NCBI GenBank assembly: GCA_965200315.1
Contig: OZ241362.1
Coordinates: forward strand, 4,832,001 to 4,896,000
From: Candidatus Latescibacterota bacterium
GTDB taxonomy: Bacteria; Latescibacterota; UBA2968; UBA8231
Direction of reading: 5' to 3'
Length of the DNA: 64,000 nucleotides
Part shown: positions 48,232-56,880 of the stretch, in pieces
Layout: each line of letters starts with the position of its first letter
Position numbering within the stretch: position 1 is the stretch's first letter
The notes under the pieces: model-generated
Told to the model about the DNA's origin: nothing
The model's input: only the letters and a program-made list of their open reading frames with translations
The model's database searches: none
Program-made: the position numbers and the translations under genes

Positions 48232-49742
48232 TGCGAAACCAACTCACCTTTGAATTTGCCGAGAAACCGCTTAGGATTTCTACTAAAACGGCGAGTACTC
48301 CTAAGGGCTATAAGGGTCTGTACGGATTTCATAAGTATTGGGGCAAAAAGCCCCACGAACCCTTGGCGTTCATCATTGAACAACTTACCAATGAAGGGGA
48401 CACCGTTTTCGATCCATTTGTCGGATCAGGTACTGCCGCTCGAGAATCTCTATTGCGAAGTCGCCGGTTTATTGGTTTCGATATAAATCCCATCGCTGTC
48501 GAGATCACAAAACTCTTAGTATCGCCACCGAAATACGAAGCTGTGTGGGACGCCTTCCAACATTTAAAGAAAAACGTCAAGGAGTCAATAGATCAAAGCT
48601 ATCTCTTACAGGATGGCCGGATCGCGTCTCATTACCTGTGGGAAAACAGCCATCTCCAACAAACTTGGTTACGCGGGGGGGGGGGAAATGCCCGTGAAGA
48701 ACTATCTCCAACTACACAAGATATGAAACTGATTGACAACTTCGACGGCTATCGAAGTCAATATCTCAGCCCCCCCCGATTCTTCTCTAATAGCCGGATC
48801 AACACACATCGGGACTTGACGATCTCTGATATCTTGACTGGTCGAGCACAGCACAACTTAGATTTGTTATTGAGTGAGATTGCTGAATTTTCCCCTGAGC
48901 TTGCGAACCCACTCAGGCTGTGCCTTACGGCGGCATCTGGCCAAATGACCAAAATGGTTTTTGCTATTACGAAAAGGGGAAAAACCTTTGGAAAGGCTGT
49001 GGATAAGGTCGAAGTAGGCAGTTGGGTCATTGGATACTGGTGTCCAGAATTGCACTTTGAAGTGAACGTGTGGAATTGCTTTGAGCGTCGCGTGACAAAA
49101 CTTCTAAGAGCGATAAAATCTAGAGATCCACTGAGTGGCTTACACGTATCTACCTCGCTTGCAGAGTATTATAGGGATACATTGCAATGTTGCATCGAAT
49201 GTACTCCGTGCCAAAATTCGGTTACTCGTATCAAAGATAATTCCGTGAAACTCATTCTTACGGATCCTCCTCATAGCGACCGTATTCCATATTTGGAGTT
49301 GAGCGAACTTTGGAACTCCATTTTAGGTGCCGAGCCGAATTTTGATGACGAAATAGTGATCTCCAATGCGAAAGAACGCGAGAAATCTCCGAATAGCTAT
49401 GAGATTGCTATGAGCGATTTTTTCTTAAAGTGTTCAAAAATCCTGCAGGATGACGGTTTTATCGTCCTCATTTATAATGCTAGGCAAGGGGACCGCTGGG
49501 GGTTTGTCAACCGACTAATCGAAGATTACCGTAAAAACCAACTTAACTACATTGGCCTTTTCCCGTGTAACTATTCGGCCCGGTCAGTAATTCAAGACAA
49601 TAGAAAGGGGGGGCTGAGAAATGATATTGCTCTAGTATTCGGTAATTCTTATGTCGACTCGGGTATAGTGTCCTCACTAAGCCATATACCAGGTTGGTCC
49701 GATAAGATACCACTTCACCAAAAGGCGAATAATGAACTTTAA
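48231..49742 (+). CDS. Amino-DNA methyltransferase (alpha-type motif order) of a Type II R-M cassette
   Basis: HKYWGKKP, motif I DPFVGSGT, FDINP and motif IV TDPPH. Low GC. Contains a G11 tract. Confidence 0.85.
   Translation: MRNQLTFEFAEKPLRISTKTASTPKGYKGLYGFHKYWGKKPHEPLAFIIEQLTNEGDTVFDPFVGSGTAARESLLRSRRFIGFDINPIAVEITKLLVSPPKYEAVWDAFQHLKKNVKESIDQSYLLQDGRIASHYLWENSHLQQTWLRGGGGNAREELSPTTQDMKLIDNFDGYRSQYLSPPRFFSNSRINTHRDLTISDILTGRAQHNLDLLLSEIAEFSPELANPLRLCLTAASGQMTKMVFAITKRGKTFGKAVDKVEVGSWVIGYWCPELHFEVNVWNCFERRVTKLLRAIKSRDPLSGLHVSTSLAEYYRDTLQCCIECTPCQNSVTRIKDNSVKLILTDPPHSDRIPYLELSELWNSILGAEPNFDDEIVISNAKEREKSPNSYEIAMSDFFLKCSKILQDDGFIVLIYNARQGDRWGFVNRLIEDYRKNQLNYIGLFPCNYSARSVIQDNRKGGLRNDIALVFGNSYVDSGIVSSLSHIPGWSDKIPLHQKANNEL
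48675..48685 (+). repeat. G11 homopolymer inside the methyltransferase ORF
   Basis: CGC GGG GGG GGG GGA AAT, in frame. Confidence 0.9.
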
Positions 49743-50820
49743 TATGGCGCAAAAGTGGTTTCAACAGGACCGCATACGCGAGCTCGCTGAATCTTCCGAA
49801 GGTCTAAGGTTTCTCAAGCTCAAATCCCTTTCTCGTCGCAAGTACTTGGAATATCTCTTCTCCACTACGGGTATTGATCCTACTTCGTCTTCATCAAGAG
49901 ACTTGTTCAGAAAAGCACTTGAAACTTCTGCCCTAGATGATTCCACTATAGATAATGCCATCAAGTCGATTTACGCAGTTGAACGGGAACAGCGAAAAAA
50001 ATGCGAGGATGAATTGATCAATCAGCTATACCGATTAGAAGCATTTGATTGGGGAGGACTTCATCAAAATAGCCTTGAGAGGACAATTGTCAATAACTAC
50101 GTAAAAAAGATTCGAGATTACGACCAACTTTCTTATAATATCGAAAACGAACTACACAATAGCATGAGAGGCTATGTGCTTTGCTCTTGGTACAATCACT
50201 GGACATCAATAATCATAGAAGATATTTTCCGAGATCATTTATCCGTATTGCCTGCTGTTGGAGCAGTAAAGAAAATTGACTTCTTTATTAAAAATGTCCC
50301 ATTTGATTTAAAAGTCACCTATTTACCCGAAGGCTATATAAAACATTGTCGACAAGTTATAAATAAAAAGCCAGAACTTACGCTTTTAAAGCAATGGGCA
50401 CGTCGCTACAGAGTCACCTTTAGTAACAGCCTACCTGATAATCGGCTGCTCTCTGACTTGTGGAATAAGGCGAGCGACCACCCATCGAATGATTCTACTA
50501 AACTTTTATCCGAACTGAGCGATTTTCGAAAGCAACTTGTCAATAAAGCGAAATCAGATCCAGATTATCTTATTCAATGGCTCTATGAGAATCAAGGAGT
50601 AAATAGATTTGATGCATCTAATCGCCTTTTCCTCATCCTCGTAGACTATTCCAATTTCTTTTTATCGTGGAAATTGAAGCGTGCAAAACCACTCCTTGCC
50701 TCAGAAATTAGCAGCTATTTAGATAATACACCATCTTCTCCAGGTCGAATATTGGGCTTCACTTGGGAAGGAACGAATTATACGGTTGTATCGGACGCCA
50801 TAATCATCACTAAACCATAA
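49732..50820 (+). CDS. Putative Type II restriction endonuclease
   Basis: Low GC and overlaps the MTase end. E...IDFF...PFDLK resembles a PD-(D/E)xK motif. Confidence 0.7.
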   Translation: MNFNMAQKWFQQDRIRELAESSEGLRFLKLKSLSRRKYLEYLFSTTGIDPTSSSSRDLFRKALETSALDDSTIDNAIKSIYAVEREQRKKCEDELINQLYRLEAFDWGGLHQNSLERTIVNNYVKKIRDYDQLSYNIENELHNSMRGYVLCSWYNHWTSIIIEDIFRDHLSVLPAVGAVKKIDFFIKNVPFDLKVTYLPEGYIKHCRQVINKKPELTLLKQWARRYRVTFSNSLPDNRLLSDLWNKASDHPSNDSTKLLSELSDFRKQLVNKAKSDPDYLIQWLYENQGVNRFDASNRLFLILVDYSNFFLSWKLKRAKPLLASEISSYLDNTPSSPGRILGFTWEGTNYTVVSDAIIITKP

Positions 50821-50844
50821 CAGATAAAATCTGGAATCAGCGTT

Positions 50845-51630
50845 ATGAAACTTGCATTGATGTCAGGAAATCTGCTGTCGCCGGCAGAGATGCGCTCCGA
50901 GGGATTCGAGGCGGTGCAGATGTTTTTCGGCGGGGGAGCAGACGGGGATGCAACGGACCCGTCGGCAGAGGATATAGACAAGGTACTACAGGCGGCTGAC
51001 ATTGCCCTGGCGGCGATGACCTTGCACGTCGATCTGGTTGGACCAAAGGGGATGGTCCCGGACGATATGGCAAGGCTAGTGAGTTGCGTGGAAAAAACCG
51101 CCGCGCTCGACGGGCGTTTCGGCGGCAACCCGCGGCCGGTGCTGGTGTGGCATCCGTCGGGGTATCCAGAAGAGGGCGTTGACGATCGGGCGGTGTTCGA
51201 GGGGCTATGCAACGGGCTGAGGACCGCCTGTGCGCTGGCGGAGCGGCTTGGCATTGTCATCGCAGTGGAAATGACGCGGGCGGGGAGCGTTGACGGAGCG
51301 GAGCGCTTTTTGCGATTGCAGGACCGGGTGGGGTCCAAGGCGCTCAAAGTCTGCATGGACGCGGCGAACTTCGCGCCCGACCGCACTCCGCTGGTGCGCG
51401 CGGTGCGGATGCTTGGCCCCGATATCGCAATCGCCCATGGCAAGGACGCGCGCTTTGCCGAAAACGGCGAGGTCGCCGACTACGGGCCGACGGGGTCGGG
51501 ATGCTTGGATTATCCCACTTATATCGGCGCGTTGCAGGAGTGGGCGCAGGTGCCCTACTTCGTCTTTGAGTACTACAAAAATCGCGCAGACATGTTGAAG
51601 GCCCGCGATATTGTGCGGGCCTATCTGTAG
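50845..51630 (+). CDS. Sugar phosphate isomerase/epimerase (xylose isomerase-like TIM barrel)
   Basis: AVE, D.ANF, HGKD, G.G.LDY and FEY metal-ligand pattern. Confidence 0.85.
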   Translation: MKLALMSGNLLSPAEMRSEGFEAVQMFFGGGADGDATDPSAEDIDKVLQAADIALAAMTLHVDLVGPKGMVPDDMARLVSCVEKTAALDGRFGGNPRPVLVWHPSGYPEEGVDDRAVFEGLCNGLRTACALAERLGIVIAVEMTRAGSVDGAERFLRLQDRVGSKALKVCMDAANFAPDRTPLVRAVRMLGPDIAIAHGKDARFAENGEVADYGPTGSGCLDYPTYIGALQEWAQVPYFVFEYYKNRADMLKARDIVRAYL

Positions 51631-51665
51631 ATTTCAACCTCTCTTAAAATCGCCGGACACGCACT

Positions 51666-52736
51666 GTGAAAGAAATCGCCGTTACCAACTTCTATTCTTG
51701 GTCCATCTTCAGCCAAGAGCGTCAGATTGACTTCAACGGTCATCTGTGGGTGCGGGACGAAGGCAATGTCCTGATTGATCCGGTGCCCATGACAGCGGCC
51801 GACTTGGAGCAGTTCGACCAATTGGGCGGGGCCGCTTGGATCGTGCTGACCAACCGCGACCACGAGCGCGAAGCCGCTTTTTTCCAAGACCGAACCGGTG
51901 CTCGCATCGCCGCCCATCGCGCCGAGGCCGACTTGTTTGATCAGTCGCCGGACCGCCGGTTGGCCGATGGCGAGGAAATCGTTCCCGGGCTCCGGGTAGT
52001 GCATTTGGCGCACGGCAAAAGTCGAGGGGAAATCGCCCTGTACTGGCCGGCTCTCAAGACGGTCTTAGCAGGCGATCTGGTCGTCGGTGCGCCGCTGGGC
52101 CGCATTACTTTGCTGCCGGACGCCAAGCTCGCCGACCCGCCCCAAGCTGCCTTGGGGCTACGCAAATTGTTGCAGCTCGATTTTGACGCTCTGCTGATGG
52201 GCGATGGTCATTCCGTTCTGCACGATGCCCGCCGACTGTTGCTCGAATGCTTGGAAGAACGGACTGACATTTACGTCAATAAGATCAATGTAGAGGATAT
52301 TCCTTGGACGCCTTGGCGTGGTGCCGAGGGCTATCAATGGGAGACCAAGGATATTGACCCGCTCATCGGCGGGCGGCACTTGGGCTACCGCCTCATCCGC
52401 CTGCCCGCTGGCCAGGCGACGTTCCCACAGCACTTTCATCACTTTGAAGAGGAAATGTTCTATATCCTCGAAGGGACTTGCACGCTGGTCGGCCCTCGCG
52501 GTCCAGTGGCAGTGGAAAAGGGCGATTTTATTGCCTGTCCACCCAGCCCGCGCAGCGCACACAAGTTTACCAACCAAGGCCAGCAGCCCTGCGTACTCTT
52601 GGCCTTGAGCAATGTCCTGCCGCACGATCTGGTCCAATACCCCGATTCCGACAAAGTCTTTCCCTGCGCCTTGGGCCGACAGGGCATTTTTCATTGCGCC
52701 GACGCGGTGGACTACTGGTCGGGTGAAACTGATTGA
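51666..52736 (+). CDS. MBL-fold hydrolase-like / cupin fusion protein
   Basis: N-terminal GNVLIDP, LTNRDHER, GDL and GDG. C-terminal cupin HFHHFEEEMFYILEG...AHKF.N...YPDSDK. Confidence 0.8.
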   Translation: MKEIAVTNFYSWSIFSQERQIDFNGHLWVRDEGNVLIDPVPMTAADLEQFDQLGGAAWIVLTNRDHEREAAFFQDRTGARIAAHRAEADLFDQSPDRRLADGEEIVPGLRVVHLAHGKSRGEIALYWPALKTVLAGDLVVGAPLGRITLLPDAKLADPPQAALGLRKLLQLDFDALLMGDGHSVLHDARRLLLECLEERTDIYVNKINVEDIPWTPWRGAEGYQWETKDIDPLIGGRHLGYRLIRLPAGQATFPQHFHHFEEEMFYILEGTCTLVGPRGPVAVEKGDFIACPPSPRSAHKFTNQGQQPCVLLALSNVLPHDLVQYPDSDKVFPCALGRQGIFHCADAVDYWSGETD

Positions 52737-52745
52737 GAAGGTAAG

Positions 52746-53495
52746 ATGAGCAACCTTTTGCGACTGAATTTGCGCTCTCAGCACCTTGCACAAGACGAAG
52801 GCGGGTACGCTATCTGGCAGGTGCAGACCAGTATTCAAGAATGGGCGGCAGACCAAACCGCGCTCTTGCTGTGCGACGTGTGGAACAGCCACTGGTGCCG
52901 CGGCGCGGTCGAGCGCCTCGACGCGATGGTCGAGCGGATGGACGCCGTGGTCCGGGCGGTACGTGCGGCCGGTGGCTTGGTCGTCCACGCGCCTTCGGAT
53001 ACCATGGATTTTTACGCCGATGCGCCGGCGCGTCAGCGTGCGCTCGCGGCCCCTCAGATTGCGCCGCCGCCCGACGCCGAGCGTCCAGACCCGCCGCTGC
53101 CGGTGGATGCCTCCGATCACGGAGCGGACACGGGCGAGACTGAGGCCTATAAGGCTTGGAATCGGCAACATCCGGGGATTGGGATCGACCAAGAGCGGGA
53201 TATTATTTCTGACAGGGGGACAGAGGTGTATAGCTACTTGCAGCACGAGGGGATCGCCCATCTGCTGATTATGGGCGTCCACACCAATATGTGCGTTTTG
53301 CACCGCACCTTTGCCATCAAGCAGATGGTGCGCTGGGGAGTGGATGTGGTGCTGATCCGCGATTTGACTGACGCAATGTACAATCCGGCCATGCCGCCGT
53401 ACGTCAGCCACGACGCGGGCACGAGCTTGGTAGTGGAGTTTATCGAAAAATTTTGGTGCCCGAGCGTGGAGAGCAAGGATGTAATCGGGGCGTAA
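52746..53495 (+). CDS. Isochorismatase-family cysteine hydrolase
   Basis: LLLCDVW..HWC, GVHTNMC and RDLTD.MY. Confidence 0.85.
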   Translation: MSNLLRLNLRSQHLAQDEGGYAIWQVQTSIQEWAADQTALLLCDVWNSHWCRGAVERLDAMVERMDAVVRAVRAAGGLVVHAPSDTMDFYADAPARQRALAAPQIAPPPDAERPDPPLPVDASDHGADTGETEAYKAWNRQHPGIGIDQERDIISDRGTEVYSYLQHEGIAHLLIMGVHTNMCVLHRTFAIKQMVRWGVDVVLIRDLTDAMYNPAMPPYVSHDAGTSLVVEFIEKFWCPSVESKDVIGA

Positions 53496-53545
53496 AACTG
53501 CGCCTCATTAACCAAGATCGCCTGCGACCTAAAGGAGGTGCTTTT

Positions 53546-54442
53546 ATGCGACTCATCAGTACGTTTTGCCTCACGCTGGCCCTTATGCTGGTCGGCACTG
53601 CCCATGCTCACATCGGCGAAAAGGTCTTTTTGATCTTCGAGATCCCAGATGCCGATTTGGGGGATATTGACCTCTTTGATGCGGATATCTCCGACTGGGA
53701 GGATGTGGTCGGCGATGCTTCACTCACGCCGGCGGACTTTTTCGCCGACCCGACTGTTGGCGACGGTGCCCAGTACAACCCGGCCGACATGGACTACCGG
53801 ATCTGGCTGGGTTGGAACGAGACCAACAATCGACTCTATTTAGCTACCGAGCGCATCGACGACGTCTATATCAATGAGTACAGCGGCGGAGCACCCGCTA
53901 CGGTGTGGCAGTACGACTCGGTCGAGCTCATGGTTGACGGCGATCACTCCGGAGGTCAGTACAACTTTAATAACAGCGAGGACATGACCGACGAGGAGAA
54001 GGCACACAACCAAAACGCTCAGGCTCAGAAGTGGAACGCTATCTTCGACGCGCCCGACGGGCGCGTTCTGGGGTATCCGGGCCGGGCCGAGTGGCTCAAC
54101 TCAACACCGCTGAGCGATGGCGGCGGCGGATCGGTCGGCGGCGGGCCAACCGTGTCAGTCCTCGAGATTTACGTCACGCCCTACGACGACATTATCTTCG
54201 CCGATCAAGAGGGTAGTGTGCCCACGGACCTAGAGGCCGGTAACATCATCGGCCTCCAGATCGCCATGCCGGACTTCGACGAAGCGCCTCTGAAATACCG
54301 GGGCTACCACACCCTTTCTGGCCAAGCGGCGACCTTCCGCTTTGCCGAGCGCTTCGTTGATGCCCGGCTAGTCGGTGCCGACGAGGCCACTGCGGTTGAC
54401 GATATGTCTTGGGCGCGGATCAAGGCGAGTTTTAGCGAGTAG
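53546..54442 (+). CDS. Secreted CBM9/DOMON-like protein with C-terminal TAVDxxSWAxIK tail (paralog of 27449-28393)
   Basis: AAGGAGG RBS, signal ending AHA-H. DISDWED, GWNETNNRLY, DSVELMVDGDHSGG and GNIIGL. Tail TAVDDMSWARIKASF. Confidence 0.75.
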   Translation: MRLISTFCLTLALMLVGTAHAHIGEKVFLIFEIPDADLGDIDLFDADISDWEDVVGDASLTPADFFADPTVGDGAQYNPADMDYRIWLGWNETNNRLYLATERIDDVYINEYSGGAPATVWQYDSVELMVDGDHSGGQYNFNNSEDMTDEEKAHNQNAQAQKWNAIFDAPDGRVLGYPGRAEWLNSTPLSDGGGGSVGGGPTVSVLEIYVTPYDDIIFADQEGSVPTDLEAGNIIGLQIAMPDFDEAPLKYRGYHTLSGQAATFRFAERFVDARLVGADEATAVDDMSWARIKASFSE

Positions 54443-54457
54443 GCTTTCTGTTTTTTG

Positions 54458-54500
54458 TCCCCTGCGAGAGAGGTGCATTTCTCTCGCAGGGGATACTTTT
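54458..54500 (+). terminator. Intrinsic terminator / stem-loop
   Basis: Perfect 14-bp stem TCCCCTGCGAGAGA / TCTCTCGCAGGGGA followed by TACTTTT. Confidence 0.7.
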
Positions 54501-54586
54501 ATGCAAGAGGCCGATGTTGCCAATTCTTTACGAGAGGTTGCCATGACAAATAAGCCTAGAGCAGCCGCCAACTTCTAGCGGATCTT

Positions 54587-56878
54587 TTGAAAATAACAAC
54601 ACCTAACAAAGTTATCGGCTGGACGGTCGTTGTGCTGGGGCTGCTTTGCAGCGCGGTGCCAGGGCAAGCGGCGACTCGCGTTGAGGTGCCCATTTTTGAG
54701 GGCGGCGCGGGATTGGATTTTTTCTTTTTTGCCGCACGCGAATACGAAAAGGCCCGTCCCGATGTACAGGTCGATCTCTACGGCGATCCGCGCATCGCCG
54801 ACAAGGTGCGGGTGCGGATCCTCGAAGGCACGTTCCCGGAAGTTAGCAACGCGGGGCTCAATTACTGGGCGCTGATCCGCAACGGCGAAATCCTACCCCT
54901 CGCCCGCTATCTGGACGGGCCGAGTTGGGACGGGGATCGCACTTGGCGCACGTCCTTCTTGCCCGGCAGCCTCGACCGCTATGAGTACGAGGGCAAGGTC
55001 TACGGCATTCCTTTCCTCTACTCGGTGTACGCCGTCTGGTACAACAAGAACATGTTCGCCGAGCACGGCTGGGTACCGCCGCGCACTTGGGACGAGTTTT
55101 TTGCCCTCTGCGAGCAAATTCGCGCAGCCGGGGTCTGGCCGCTGGCCTTTCAGGGGCGCTATCCGGGCTATATCGGCGGCGTGACCGACAACGCCTATTA
55201 TCACCTCGCTGGCCGCGAGCGGTTTTACGAGCAGAAGGAGTTAGTGCCGGGCAGTTTCGCCAATCCCGAATTTGTGACGGCACTAGGGCTTATTCAGCGC
55301 ACGGCTCAGCAGTACTTCCAGCCCGGGGCTCTCGGCATGAGCCACACCGAGGCGCAGCTCGAGTTTTTCTTGGGCCACACCGCGATGGTCTTTTGCGGCT
55401 CTTGGCTCAAAAGCGAGATGATGGGCAAAATTCCCGCTGGCTTCCGCTTGGGGGCCTTTAATTTGCCCGTGGTTGAGGGCGGAGCCGGCCAACCCAATGC
55501 CATCTACACAGGTGCCGGGTATTACTTTGTCTTCAAAAACAGTGCCCACCCCGAGTTGGGCGTGGATTTTTTGCGCTTTATGACCTCTCAGGAGATGGCG
55601 GGCACCTTTGCCGAGATGCGCGATGTTTTGGTGGCCGTCGATGGGGCGATGGAGGGGCGGACCAGCGAAGATGTGCAGGACTTGGTGGTGCTGGCGCAGC
55701 AGGCGACGACGAGCTATGGCACCGCCCCGGGCGAGGGCTTCCCAGAGATGGACCAATTCCTCAACGACGTGCGCTTCAAGATCGTCAATGGGCAGATAAC
55801 GCCAGAGGAAGCGGCCCAAGAGCTGGAGTCGGCGGCCGAAGCCGTGCGCAACCGCAGCCATAACCCGGATCAGATCACCATCCGCCACCTGTGGAAACCC
55901 GCGCTGTTGTTGGGGCTTTTGGCGCTGGCGATGGGCTATTGGCTGTGCACGACAGCGCGGCAGTGGCGCGAAAAACAGGCTGGGGCCCGACCTACTAGCC
56001 GGGTGCGCTTGGGCTGGGCTGGAGTGCTATTCTTCGTCGGTCCGGCGGCCGCGTTCTACACGCTCTTTGTGGTGGTGCCCAGCATCAAGTCCTTCGTCTG
56101 GAGCGCGATGCGCTGGGACGGGCTGACCGAGATGGCTTTCGTCGGGTTGTTGCACTTCCATCGGCTGCTGTTTGAGAGCGACGAGTTTTGGATTGCGCTG
56201 TCGAACAATCTCTTCATCATGTTCATCATTCCGCTTTGCGTGTTGCCGCTGGCGCTTTTTTTGGCGGTGTGCATCAGCCGCGAGGTCGTCGGAGCCAAGC
56301 TCTTCCGCATCGTCTTCTTCTTTCCCAACATCCTCGGCGGGGTCGCGGCGACTCTGCTGTGGATGCACCTGTACAATCCACAAGGAGGGCCGATCAACAC
56401 GGTGTTGGTGGCCTTGGGATTGGAGGGGTTTGCGGGGTTTGCTTGGCTGGCGCAAGACAACCTCTACTGGGCGCTGATACCCATGTCGATCTGGGGCGCG
56501 GCCGGGTTCAACATGGTGCTGTTTTTGGCGGCGATGGAGAGCATTCCGCAGAGCATGTACGAGGCCGCCGACATCGACGGGGCCTCGGCGTGGCGGCAGT
56601 TTTGGTCGATTACGGTGCCGCTGATTTGGGAGATTTTGTCGATAGCGATTGTGTTTATGATCATCGGCGGGATGAAGGCGTTTGAGGTGATTTGGCTGTT
56701 GACCAATCAGCGGCCAACGACCGACAACCACGTCATTGGCACGCGGATGGTGCAGGCGATGTTTACCGAATTTAAGGTGGGGGAGGCTACGGCGATTGCA
56801 GTACTGCTCTTTTTGATCGTCTTCTTTGGCACCACCGCAACCTTGCGCGCCATGAAGCGCGAAGCCGTGGAGTTTTGA
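54587..56878 (+). CDS. Fused sugar ABC substrate-binding protein + permease
   Basis: N-terminal substrate-binding domain (FEGG.G, YGIPF...WYNK..F...G...P.TWDEF). C-terminal MalF-like permease with MYEAADIDGA. Confidence 0.88.
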   Translation: MKITTPNKVIGWTVVVLGLLCSAVPGQAATRVEVPIFEGGAGLDFFFFAAREYEKARPDVQVDLYGDPRIADKVRVRILEGTFPEVSNAGLNYWALIRNGEILPLARYLDGPSWDGDRTWRTSFLPGSLDRYEYEGKVYGIPFLYSVYAVWYNKNMFAEHGWVPPRTWDEFFALCEQIRAAGVWPLAFQGRYPGYIGGVTDNAYYHLAGRERFYEQKELVPGSFANPEFVTALGLIQRTAQQYFQPGALGMSHTEAQLEFFLGHTAMVFCGSWLKSEMMGKIPAGFRLGAFNLPVVEGGAGQPNAIYTGAGYYFVFKNSAHPELGVDFLRFMTSQEMAGTFAEMRDVLVAVDGAMEGRTSEDVQDLVVLAQQATTSYGTAPGEGFPEMDQFLNDVRFKIVNGQITPEEAAQELESAAEAVRNRSHNPDQITIRHLWKPALLLGLLALAMGYWLCTTARQWREKQAGARPTSRVRLGWAGVLFFVGPAAAFYTLFVVVPSIKSFVWSAMRWDGLTEMAFVGLLHFHRLLFESDEFWIALSNNLFIMFIIPLCVLPLALFLAVCISREVVGAKLFRIVFFFPNILGGVAATLLWMHLYNPQGGPINTVLVALGLEGFAGFAWLAQDNLYWALIPMSIWGAAGFNMVLFLAAMESIPQSMYEAADIDGASAWRQFWSITVPLIWEILSIAIVFMIIGGMKAFEVIWLLTNQRPTTDNHVIGTRMVQAMFTEFKVGEATAIAVLLFLIVFFGTTATLRAMKREAVEF

Positions 56879-56880
56879 GC

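Noticed and set aside
41600-50845. Integron cassette array explaining the low-GC TA and R-M inserts
   Set aside because: No intI, and no repeated attC-like RYYYAAC...GTTRRRY structures were found at the cassette borders.
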